From assembly GCA_043810925.1 (NCBI GenBank), contig JBDRNT010000041.1:1-39101 (forward strand): DNA of 39,101 bases. The letters run 5' to 3'. Made by a program: the position numbers and the translations under genes. This document shows positions 28,252 through 36,502 of this stretch, in pieces. How positions within the stretch are numbered: position 1 is the stretch's first letter; every line of letters starts with the position of its first letter. A model generated the notes under the pieces. That model searched no databases, had not been told where the DNA came from, and saw nothing but the letters and a program-made list of their open reading frames with translations. The stretch is from Candidatus Eiseniibacteriota bacterium. GTDB lineage: Bacteria > Arandabacterota > Arandabacteria > Arandabacterales > Arandabacteraceae.

Positions 28252-29229
28252 TCAATATGTGTAGGATGCTATCGCTTCCTGAAGGGCGACCCGAATTGGG
28301 GTATATGTTATCCCCAATTCCCTTTCGACCCTGCTACCGTCAACCTCTGCTCCCTCTTTCATTGTTCTCATCTGGTCTATTGCGATGCCTAAGAGCGGAG
28401 GTTTCTTAGCAATGTCAGCCATTAAGGTGAGGAGCCTTGCATTTAACATGGCCAACGAAGCCGGCATCCTGAGTCGGGGAAGTGCCACGCCTGATATCTC
28501 ACTGATCATCTGGTTCATCTGCCCGAATGTCAGGTTCTGCGCGACGGCCAGGTATTTACCGCTGATGTTATGTTCCTTCTCTGCTGCCCTGACGATGACC
28601 TCGGCGACATCCCGCACATGTACCCACGGGAAGAGTACGTCGTCGAACACTGTGGCGGGCATGCGTCCGTTCAAGAGGTTCTGGATATATTCACCGGTGG
28701 CCTGTGGATCGCCCGGCCCCAGAACACCACCTGGGTATACCATGACCAGCGGAAGGCCCTTGGTCTTGCTGGCCTCCCAGGCAATCAGGTCCCCCTCGTG
28801 CTTGGTGCGGGCATACTCACTGAAACGGACCGGGCCTGGATTGCTGTCTTCGTTGAAAGGGCGCTCGGCCGGTCTTCCATAGATTGCCACAGTGCTAACA
28901 TGCACAACCTTGGAAACCCCAGCCTCCAGAGCGCACTCCATGACGTTCCGAGTGCCACCAATATTGACGTCGGCGTAGGTTCGCTTCCTCGGGAGCCAGA
29001 AGGAATAGGCCGCCGCGATGTTTACTACCCACTCACAACCGTTCATACCTCGCTGCAAAGAGGCCCGATCGGTCAGATCTCCAACGGCGAGAGCGGCGTC
29101 CAGCTTCTTGAGCTTGCTGGTATCACTCATACGCCTGACGAGGCAAGTGAGTTCATGGCCTGCCGCTACTAGGCGCTCCGCCGTGTGACGTCCAATGAAA
29201 CCGGTGGCGCCGGTGACGAATGTTCTCGT
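28252..29229 (-). CDS. NAD-dependent epimerase/dehydratase (HpnA/dihydroflavonol-reductase-like); the start codon appears to be ACG
   Basis: FVTGATGFIG, HVST, YARTK; AGGAGGTG SD followed by an in-frame ACG at 29229. Confidence 0.85.
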   Translation of the reverse strand, partial: TRTFVTGATGFIGRHTAERLVAAGHELTCLVRRMSDTSKLKKLDAALAVGDLTDRASLQRGMNGCEWVVNIAAAYSFWLPRKRTYADVNIGGTRNVMECALEAGVSKVVHVSTVAIYGRPAERPFNEDSNPGPVRFSEYARTKHEGDLIAWEASKTKGLPLVMVYPGGVLGPGDPQATGEYIQNLLNGRMPATVFDDVLFPWVHVRDVAEVIVRAAEKEHNISGKYLAVAQNLTFGQMNQMISEISGVALPRLRMPASLAMLNARLLTLMADIAKKPPLLGIAIDQMRTMKEGAEVDGSRVERELGITYTPIRVALQEAIASYTY

Positions 29230-29340
29230 ATCATCACCTCCTGGAAACTCTGCATTATTCAACCTCGCTTGATCCTCATCTTCCTTGTTACATCTGATGC
29301 TGTGGGATGTCCAGCAAAACCGTAGGCAAGCAGTCAGGTC

Positions 29341-29445
29341 CGTTTCGAGTGTATCCCTTGGTTCCCCAAACTGAACGATCTTCGCAACTCTTTCATGAGG
29401 GAGGAATGTCTCAGATTGGGACAACTCGCCGCTAACATGTCATAG
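29341..29445 (+). repeat. att-like copy S3
   Basis: Reads RFECIPWFPKLNDLRNSFMREECLRLGQLAANMS*; shares CCCCAAACTG with S6/S8 and TTCGCAACT...ATGAG with S7. Confidence 0.65.
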
Positions 29446-29464
29446 GACTTAGGATTGTCGCGCG

Positions 29465-29495
29465 CTGACATGTTCCACATGGCTTCGCATACGGG
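29465..29495 (+). repeat. att-like copy S4 (left half only)
   Basis: CTGACATGTTCCACATGGCTTC (LTCSTWL) matches GACATGTTCCGCACGCCTCC at 30648 and CATGTTCCACACGG at 16989. Confidence 0.5.
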
Positions 29496-29524
29496 TTTCC
29501 CACTGCCAACTGCTGCTCAATCGG

Positions 29525-30418
29525 TCAAGGTTTGTAAGGGAAGGTGACTTGCGTAGGATCTGTGCCATCGGCGTTCACAACCCAGATGACCATTGCGCGG
29601 CCATCGGCCGATCGAGCCCCGTAAGCTATTCTCCTGCCGTCAGGTGACCAAGAGGGCACAGCCCCGGGGCAGGCAACCAGTTGCTGGCCCGTTCCATCCG
29701 GATTGATCACCCAGATTCCGACACTCTTCTTCTTGCTTTCACAGTATGCGCCGTAGGTCACCAATCTCCCATCAGGCGACCACCGGGCATGCCAACCGTA
29801 TCCGTATTGCTGATCATAGGGAATAGTACCAAGGAAGTTGCCTGCCGTGTCGTACATCTCCATTATGAAGCACAGCAGCTTGGACCCGTCGGGTGACCAG
29901 TCTGGTTCACCTTGAGAACAGATCCACCTGGTCTCTTGAGTTTCCAGATTGTAGATCGTGACCCCGATCGGATCCTCGCTGTTGTCAAAGGCGATCATCG
30001 TACCGCACGGAGAGAAGTCAGGTGTATAGCCACGAATGGGAAGCATTTCTTCATCACCGGTTTCGACATTCACCAGTACTATTCCCGGTACGCTGCTGTG
30101 TACAATGACGTGGCTGCCATCAGGCGACCAGTCCGCGATGATTCCTGAGGTGACATAGCGTGTCTTGGCAGTCTCGAGATCAACGATCCAGGTAGTATAG
30201 TCGCCGAACTCCAGATGCTCTTCCCACGTCACAGCGATATGGGTGTATGCAACGAGGCTCGTGTCGGTGGGACTCCACTTTGGCCAAGCGTCCTGCATAT
30301 ATGCATGGTCAGGCTCAATGTAATAGGAATCGGTGACTTTATCATCATCACAACCAATCATGGTGAGGGACAGTGCAAGGAATGCTAAGACCAAGACGAC
30401 TCTGGGCATTACGTTCAT
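29525..30418 (-). CDS. TolB-like PD40 (WD40-like) beta-propeller lipoprotein
   Basis: Lipobox MIGC; repeated (P)xWSPDG motifs. Confidence 0.85.
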   Translation of the reverse strand: MNVMPRVVLVLAFLALSLTMIGCDDDKVTDSYYIEPDHAYMQDAWPKWSPTDTSLVAYTHIAVTWEEHLEFGDYTTWIVDLETAKTRYVTSGIIADWSPDGSHVIVHSSVPGIVLVNVETGDEEMLPIRGYTPDFSPCGTMIAFDNSEDPIGVTIYNLETQETRWICSQGEPDWSPDGSKLLCFIMEMYDTAGNFLGTIPYDQQYGYGWHARWSPDGRLVTYGAYCESKKKSVGIWVINPDGTGQQLVACPGAVPSWSPDGRRIAYGARSADGRAMVIWVVNADGTDPTQVTFPYKP

Positions 30419-30545
30419 GGCTGTCCACCTCTGCTCACGCCGATGCATGTGCCGGCAGCTTCCTGTACTACTTTACCTCACCCCGCCCGAGCTGTCCAGA
30501 TTCGCTCCTGTTTCAGCCGTCTGATCATGGGAAACTCAAGCGATA

Positions 30546-30641
30546 CCCAACGGAGAAGGCTTTCGCGACTTCTTGATGAGTGAGGAATACATCAGTCTGG
30601 TACAACATGTGGGTACCACGTCATATAGCAACGTGCCTTAA
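30546..30641 (+). repeat. att-like copy S5 (right half)
   Basis: CCCAACGG-A-GAAGGCTTTCGCGACTTCTTGATGAGTGAGGAATAC... aligns about 40/54 (one gap) with 30725-30778; reads EGFRDFLMSEEY...*. Confidence 0.65.
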
Positions 30642-30642
30642 T

Positions 30643-30707
30643 CGGCCGACATGTTCCGCACGCCTCCCCAAACTGCACCATAGGCAGAACTTTCAGGGTG
30701 GTGTTCG
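30643..30707 (+). repeat. att-like copy S6
   Basis: 30662-30707 is 45/46 identical to 33643-33688 (GCCTCCCCAAACTGCACCATAGGCAGAACTyTCAGGGTGGTGTTCG). Confidence 0.9.
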
Positions 30708-30720
30708 GTCTACGTTCTCC

Positions 30721-30779
30721 CTCCCCCAACGGGACGACTTTCGCAACTTTCTGATGAGCCAGAAGTGCGTCAAGATGGC
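30721..30779 (+). repeat. att-like copy S7 (core plus right half)
   Basis: CTCCCCCAACGGGACGACTTTCGCAACTTTCTGATGAGCCAGAAGTGC, reading LPQRDDFRNFLMSQKC. Confidence 0.7.
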
Positions 30780-30887
30780 GGGAGGTGATTCTCTAACGGC
30801 AGCAGGCGCTGCTACTCCGAGCCGAACTTAGCGGCTGCCTTGGCGGCCTTCGCGGCTTCCTCTTCCTCCAAGACCCTTACGAGAGGC

Positions 30888-30916
30888 TTGCTGAGACGAT
30901 TGAAATGGGGTATACT
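30888..30916 (+). promoter_or_regulatory. sigma70-type promoter
   Basis: TTGCTG-17 nt-TATACT upstream of the DUF11 gene. Confidence 0.45.
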
Positions 30917-30948
30917 GAAATAGTGGCCGGAGGCCAGAGAGGCGAGAT

Positions 30949-33240
30949 ATGCGAGGACATACCGGCTGTTGTTGCATCCCTGATGATGCCCTCATCCGAT
31001 ACCCCCGTGTGGTGGTTACTGCCGCCTGGATCATCATCGCATTTACCCTGATCACATACGGACCTGCCTTGTGCGGGTCTAACCAGAATGCCAGAGTCGC
31101 CGTTCATGTGATCCCCCACGATGGGGGACGAACTTGTAATCACGGCATGCCCGAAATCTCCTACTGTACCGACCTACGCACGACGCTGGACACCTGCGGC
31201 GATGTCGATTTCTTCCCCGTCTTCTTTGAAGTCATCGAATGTCAAGGCATCGAATATGGCGTGACCTGGCCTGGGAGTTATAGCTGTGCTTTCACCAGCT
31301 GCAGCGATCTTAAGATTGGTGATATAATCTGGCCGGGCGACGGGGTCTCGCACGCCTGGTTTGACTGTCAACCTGGGCCTGTTGCCATCCCCGGATGGGG
31401 CTGGGTTAGTGTAAATGATTCAGGTCACATACGTGTCGTGCCCCACCCGGGAACCGGTGAGATTACCGTAGGCGACTGTGTGCGCCGGCTTGACGATATT
31501 GAAGATGTTTACTCTGCCGGGGTCTGCGGTGCTCTGGGTGATGACCCAAGCGGCTGGGGCTATAACCCGCTCAATGTAGGTAAGCGCGACGGGCTGGGCG
31601 GTGAATGTGCGGCGCCGGACCAGAGCCTGATCTATACGATCCAGTATGACAGCCCCAACTCCAACCTGATACACGATGCTACCCTAGTCGACTACCTCCC
31701 TCCGGAGATCGAGTTTGTCTCCACCACCGATGGCGGCACATACGATATCGGGACGCACGCGGTCACCTGGGACATCGGGACTATCAGCCAGTATGCCGCC
31801 GATTCCGCACAGGTGATCACGCATATCCCGCCGGCCACACCTTACGGAACGTTGCTTACCAATCGTTGTCGGATAACCGGTCTGGAGACCGGTCCTACTG
31901 AGGTCGAGATGCTCACAACGGTCTGCACCGGAGGATCTCAGGCGCTCACAATCACAAAGAACGACGGGCTCGGCAGCGATGGTACGGTTCCCGGGGCAGG
32001 GCTTACATACACAATCACCTATGCCAACTCGGGGAATCTGGAATCGGTCCACGATGCGATTTTGACTGATCTTCTGCCGCCGGAGGTCGAGTTCGTCTCG
32101 GCCGATGATCCCGGGGTTTATGATGCAGGCCAGCACAGCATCACCTGGGATGTGGGAACACTTGGAAGTGACGCATCGGGGACGGCACAGGCACAGGTAG
32201 TCGTCTCGATGTCCACCGACCCCGGGGTGCGGCTCATAAACCGCTGCTGGATAGTGTGCAGTGAAGCACCGGCTGCCGAGACAGCCGAGACGACGAGGGT
32301 CCACTCAGTGGAGTCTGAACCCCTTGCCATCAGCAAGCGTGCCAAGGGGCCATCCTCGTCCTTGGGGCCTTTCTTCCCCGGAGATGACATAACGTACACC
32401 ATAACCTATGGCAACAACACCAACGACTATGCCGTTCATGGCGTCCTCCTGAGAGATGTGCTTCCCGCTCAGACAGGCTTTGTCTCATCCAGCGACTGGG
32501 GTATGTATGATAGCGAAAGCCACTCCGTGACCTGGGACATAGGCACACTTGCACCGGATGAAGCGGGGTCCCGCCAGGTTGTCGTGAGGGTGCCCTTGGA
32601 TACCGAGCCCGGCACCATCATTTCCAATCTGTGCAGGGTTTTCAGTGACGAGGCACCGAGCTCTAAAGCCACCGCCCAGACAGTGATCTCCAGTTTCGGA
32701 GAGTGTATGATCGCCATCCATGTGCGCCCTCATCAACAGACCACAACATGTACCCAGATCGGCTCCGATGTAAACGACTGCGGTGACATCGTGACCACGA
32801 CGGGTTCTTGCGACGTCGACGTATTCCCGGTCTTCTTTGAGATTGTCGAATGCCAGGGGTTGGGCTACGGTCTAACCTGGCCCGCCGAGTGGGGTGAGAT
32901 GGCTTTCACGAGCTGTAGTGACGTCACCGAGGGCACTCTTGCTGTGCCCGGCGATGGCGTCTCACACAGTTGGACAAGTTGCCGTACCAACTACGTGGTA
33001 ATCCCGGGCTACGGTCGGCTTATCGCTGACAGTCCGGGCCTCATCGAGTTGATCCACCACCCGGCAACCGGGATGATAAGCCTGACCACCTGCAGGGGCT
33101 ATGAGTATCAGGTCTATCCGATGGGTGGTTTGGTGTATCGAGCCGGCGTGTGCGGTGCCGCAGGCGACCCGGTTGAATGCGGAGGACCCCAGCGCATAGT
33201 CCCCACCACCTGGAGCAGCATCAAAGCTTTGTTCAGGTGA
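30949..33240 (+). CDS. Secreted protein with three DUF11-like Ig repeats flanked by a duplicated Cys-rich domain; TW tail
   Basis: Three repeats of YTIxY...HxxxLxDxLP....FVS....G.YD...H..TWD.GT; ends VPTTWSSIKALFR*. Confidence 0.85.
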   Translation: MRGHTGCCCIPDDALIRYPRVVVTAAWIIIAFTLITYGPALCGSNQNARVAVHVIPHDGGRTCNHGMPEISYCTDLRTTLDTCGDVDFFPVFFEVIECQGIEYGVTWPGSYSCAFTSCSDLKIGDIIWPGDGVSHAWFDCQPGPVAIPGWGWVSVNDSGHIRVVPHPGTGEITVGDCVRRLDDIEDVYSAGVCGALGDDPSGWGYNPLNVGKRDGLGGECAAPDQSLIYTIQYDSPNSNLIHDATLVDYLPPEIEFVSTTDGGTYDIGTHAVTWDIGTISQYAADSAQVITHIPPATPYGTLLTNRCRITGLETGPTEVEMLTTVCTGGSQALTITKNDGLGSDGTVPGAGLTYTITYANSGNLESVHDAILTDLLPPEVEFVSADDPGVYDAGQHSITWDVGTLGSDASGTAQAQVVVSMSTDPGVRLINRCWIVCSEAPAAETAETTRVHSVESEPLAISKRAKGPSSSLGPFFPGDDITYTITYGNNTNDYAVHGVLLRDVLPAQTGFVSSSDWGMYDSESHSVTWDIGTLAPDEAGSRQVVVRVPLDTEPGTIISNLCRVFSDEAPSSKATAQTVISSFGECMIAIHVRPHQQTTTCTQIGSDVNDCGDIVTTTGSCDVDVFPVFFEIVECQGLGYGLTWPAEWGEMAFTSCSDVTEGTLAVPGDGVSHSWTSCRTNYVVIPGYGRLIADSPGLIELIHHPATGMISLTTCRGYEYQVYPMGGLVYRAGVCGAAGDPVECGGPQRIVPTTWSSIKALFR

Positions 33241-33339
33241 TACCGCACCCGGAGAGGACCCAGAGAACCGGGATCCAGCCAGTCGATCAGGCCGCGCGCC
33301 AGTACCGCTGAACCCCGGAGATCCTAAACGTCATGGGCG

Positions 33340-33690
33340 TTTGACGGCAAGATCGATGAGGGATTCTGGGAAAGGAAATCAGAAGAGTGGCGAGCTCATC
33401 AGGAAGACGTCCGAAAAGCCATGGACAACGCGAGGAGGCGAACAAGGTCTACCTGGGTGGGGGAATCAAGATAATCGAGGTTGCACAGAAGGCATATTCA
33501 ATATGGGCGAACCGGGATTCGCACGACAACCGTAGGATTCTGGATGCACTACTTTCGAATTGCACGCTCGATGGCGTAAGGCTAATGCCCACTTATAGAA
33601 AGCCGTTTTGCTGGCTTGTTGATCGGCCTCCCCATACCGTCTGCCTCCCCAAACTGCACCATAGGCAGAACTCTCAGGGTGGTGTTCGAG
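33340..33690 (+). pseudogene. 5'-truncated, frameshifted C-terminal remnant of a large serine recombinase
   Basis: FDGKIDEGFWERKSEEWRAHQEDVRKAMD, frameshift near 33430, then EEANKVYLGGGIKIIEVAQKAYSIW...RRILDALLSNCTLDGVRLMPTYRKPFCWL; resembles the coiled-coil/C-terminal region of these recombinases. Confidence 0.75.
33643..33688 (+). repeat. att-like copy S8 at the 3' end of the recombinase remnant
   Basis: 45/46 identical to 30662-30707. Confidence 0.9.
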
Positions 33691-33859
33691 ATCACTCCCC
33701 GGTCAGGTTCCTCGGATGGGTCTTATGTCGCTCGGTGAATACCGCCTGCCACCAAGCCGATTGTGGAGGGACGGTATCCCTCGCCAGGCGGGTAGATGAC
33801 GAGATGCTGGAGCATCCGAACGAAGTGGAGCAGGCGAGAGATTCGATCGACAGTAATGG

Positions 33860-34993
33860 TTGCACCGAGGTACAATGAAGATGCCAACTGAAATGCACAT
33901 AGTCATCAAGCAGAGCGCAGGTGAGGTGTGCGTGCTGGTGCGAGCGTTCTTAGTTTCGTCCGCAATGTTGTTCTTCGCGCTAACGCCTTGTTTCGGCCGT
34001 ACCTGGTATATCTCAGCGGATGGGCTCGGTGATGCTCCGACCATCCAAGCTGGTATCGATTCTGCTACCGTCGGAGATACCGTTCTTGTGGAATGCGGCA
34101 CGTACTACGAATTTGGCTTACACGGCCTAAAGCCCGGGGTCTTGATCACAAGTGAGACCGGCGAATACAGCTGCGTTACCATTGATGCTCAGCGCGAATG
34201 GAGTGTCTTTACTTGCTGGGACTCCGACAGCACCACAATCATCAAGGGGTTTACAATCACTCATGGTCAGTCGAGTGAAGATGAGGGCCCTCCAGGGGCG
34301 GGTGGTGGTATGAAATGCCAGAGTACAGTGCGGGTAGTGAACTGCCTCTTTCTGGACAATCTGACCTACGGGTATGGTGGTGCAGTCTACGTGGATACGG
34401 GTACGCCGAGGTTCGAGAATTGCGTCTTTATAGACAACACTGCTGCCCAGGGCGGCGCGATATACATTAGCCGCATGGCGGGTTGCATAGTCAAGGACTG
34501 TACTTTTGTGGGCAACTACACCGGTGATTCAGGAACGATCTATTGTAACGGGAGCTCACCACGAATACAGGGATGCACCTTCTACGGTAATGCTGCAGAT
34601 CATGGCGGCAGCGGAATATCGAGTCTGGATTCCGCCTCGCCTGAGATCGACAACACAATTATCGCTTATAGCACCTCTGGGGCAGGAGTTCGCTGCGACG
34701 AGCGGAGTCATCCGGCTTTCACCTGTTGTGATATCTATGGGAACAACGGCGGCGACTGGGACGAATACACCTCCAGCCAAAACGGAGTGAACGGGAACTT
34801 CTCGGCAGACCCGAAGTTCTGTGACACGCCGAACGGGGACTTCACTTTGGAGGCATGCTCGCCATGTCTACCCGGCAACCATCCTGACGGCTACGATTGC
34901 GGCGACATCATCGGAGCCTTCGGAGAAGACTGCGAATGCGAGACGGCGACGGAGCCATCCACCTGGGGCATGATCAAGTCAATGTACCGATAG
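33860..34993 (+). CDS. Secreted right-handed parallel beta-helix repeat protein; TW tail (true start probably near 33932-33938)
   Basis: DAPTIQAGIDSA..GDTVLV, FxxN...GGA(I/V) repeats, GNFSADPKFC; ends TEPSTWGMIKSMYR*. Confidence 0.85.
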   Translation: MHRGTMKMPTEMHIVIKQSAGEVCVLVRAFLVSSAMLFFALTPCFGRTWYISADGLGDAPTIQAGIDSATVGDTVLVECGTYYEFGLHGLKPGVLITSETGEYSCVTIDAQREWSVFTCWDSDSTTIIKGFTITHGQSSEDEGPPGAGGGMKCQSTVRVVNCLFLDNLTYGYGGAVYVDTGTPRFENCVFIDNTAAQGGAIYISRMAGCIVKDCTFVGNYTGDSGTIYCNGSSPRIQGCTFYGNAADHGGSGISSLDSASPEIDNTIIAYSTSGAGVRCDERSHPAFTCCDIYGNNGGDWDEYTSSQNGVNGNFSADPKFCDTPNGDFTLEACSPCLPGNHPDGYDCGDIIGAFGEDCECETATEPSTWGMIKSMYR

Positions 34994-35002
34994 GAGCGAG
35001 GG

Positions 35003-36433
35003 ATGAGACGGCTGGTGCTGCTTCTGTGCTTCTTGGTGCTGGCACCGCACGTGTCCACGGCCCGCACGTGGTATGTCAAGCCCGATGGTACAGGTGATGC
35101 TCCCACGATCCAGGCTGGAATCGACTCTGCCGCTGTGGGTGACACAGTCATGCTTGCAGATGGGACATACACTGGTGATGGCAACCGCGACATAATCTAC
35201 GCGGGCAAGGCCGTAACAGTACTCTCGGAGGGTGATGATCCTGATCTATGTGTCATCGATTGCGAAGGCTCAGAGGCGGAGTCGCACAGAGGCTTCGAGT
35301 TCCAACATGGAGACGGGCCCGGCGCGCTACTCAGGGGGGTGACCATCGCTAATGGCGTATGGTTTAGCGGCGCTGGTGGCGGAGGAGGCATATCGTGCCT
35401 GGGTGGATCGCCTACTTTGGTCAATCTGGTTGTCCTTGAGAACAGAGCTAAGGTGAGAGGTGGTGGTATCGATTGCAGCGATGGCGCAGCCCCAACTCTT
35501 CAGAATGTGCGAGTCGTCGACAATGTGGTCGAGAAGGCAGCAGGTGGCGGCGTGTACTGGGAACAAGGGTGTTCCCCGGCTCTGGCCGACATCATTTTCG
35601 AAGGCAATAGTGCCACCAGCGCCGGAGGCGCTATCTGCGGCGAGTACTACTCCGAAAGGACGTTGTCAAACTGCTCGTTCATACGGAATACTGCCGGGTA
35701 CGGTGGAGCAGTGGCGTTCTGCTGTTCCGACTGCACATTCGAGGACTGCCATTTTGTTGAAAATCGCGCCGTCGGAACCTCTTTAGGAGGTGACGGAGGT
35801 GGAGCACTATTTCTCCTGGACGGAGCTCCCGTGATCATCCGATGTGACTTCAAGAGTAATTCGAGTGAATCTCGAGGGGGTGCGATCATTGCGATCGAAT
35901 CGCGGCCGACACTGCAATCGTGTATCTTTGATGCCAATTCCTCTGTCGACGAAGGCGGTAGCATCTGCTGTGACGGTAGTGAGTGTGAATGCAATGTCTC
36001 TAATTGCACATTTGTCCGAAACCTGACTACCGGTGTCTCGTCGATTGCCTCTGGAGTAGGGTGCGTAAACTACGCTCGCCTATCGATGACGAACAGCATA
36101 ATTGCCTACAGCCCGAACGGAGTGCCCGTCTCATGTGGCATCGACTCCCAATCTGACCTTGGCTGTTGCGATCTCTTCGGCAATCCAAGCGGCGACTGGG
36201 TGGGTTTTATCGCCAGTCAATATGGCATCAACGGCAACTTCTCAGCCTGCCCATCCTTCTGTAACGCCGGGCTCGGGGATTTCCAATTATGCGATGAGTC
36301 ACCATGCCTACCAGGGAACCACCCAGATGGGTATGAATGTGGACTCATAGGAGCGTGGGGAGAAGGATGCAGCTGCGGGCCGTCTCAGGCTGAGCTCACC
36401 ACCTGGGGCGCCATCAAGACGCTGTTCAGGTGA
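35003..36433 (+). CDS. Secreted right-handed parallel beta-helix repeat protein (paralog); TW tail
   Basis: Signal peptide, DAPTIQAGIDSA, FxxN/GGA repeats; ends AELTTWGAIKTLFR*. Confidence 0.88.
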   Translation: MRRLVLLLCFLVLAPHVSTARTWYVKPDGTGDAPTIQAGIDSAAVGDTVMLADGTYTGDGNRDIIYAGKAVTVLSEGDDPDLCVIDCEGSEAESHRGFEFQHGDGPGALLRGVTIANGVWFSGAGGGGGISCLGGSPTLVNLVVLENRAKVRGGGIDCSDGAAPTLQNVRVVDNVVEKAAGGGVYWEQGCSPALADIIFEGNSATSAGGAICGEYYSERTLSNCSFIRNTAGYGGAVAFCCSDCTFEDCHFVENRAVGTSLGGDGGGALFLLDGAPVIIRCDFKSNSSESRGGAIIAIESRPTLQSCIFDANSSVDEGGSICCDGSECECNVSNCTFVRNLTTGVSSIASGVGCVNYARLSMTNSIIAYSPNGVPVSCGIDSQSDLGCCDLFGNPSGDWVGFIASQYGINGNFSACPSFCNAGLGDFQLCDESPCLPGNHPDGYECGLIGAWGEGCSCGPSQAELTTWGAIKTLFR

Positions 36434-36502
36434 GGGGGTTTCATTCATGGCATGTTACATTGAATGCCGTTCCGTTGGCCGTCGTGCCAAAGGGGGTTCG
36501 AC

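Noticed and set aside
29230-29424. N-terminal extension of the epimerase ORF
   Set aside because: It overlaps att-like site S3, and the SD and family alignment place the start at 29229.
30580-30831. 83-aa ORF containing LPKLHHRQN and LPQRDDFRNFLMS
   Set aside because: It is a read-through of concatenated att-like sites S5-S7, with no SD, and is unlikely to be a real gene.
30812-30890. Minus-strand Ala/Glu/Lys-rich frame (KPLVRVLEEEEAAKAAKAAAKFGSE*)
   Set aside because: It may be a gene-end remnant, but it is short, low-complexity and not assignable.
16961-33690. Repeat family interpreted as a CRISPR array, integron attC sites or tRNA fragments
   Set aside because: Spacing is irregular and up to kilobases, and no cas or intI gene is present. 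I saw no RYYYAAC...GTTRRRY attC hairpins and no tRNA cloverleaf or T-loop.
33387-33878. 163-aa ORF as an intact gene
   Set aside because: Only its middle matches the recombinase. The upstream similarity is in another frame and the catalytic domain is absent, so it is called a pseudogene.
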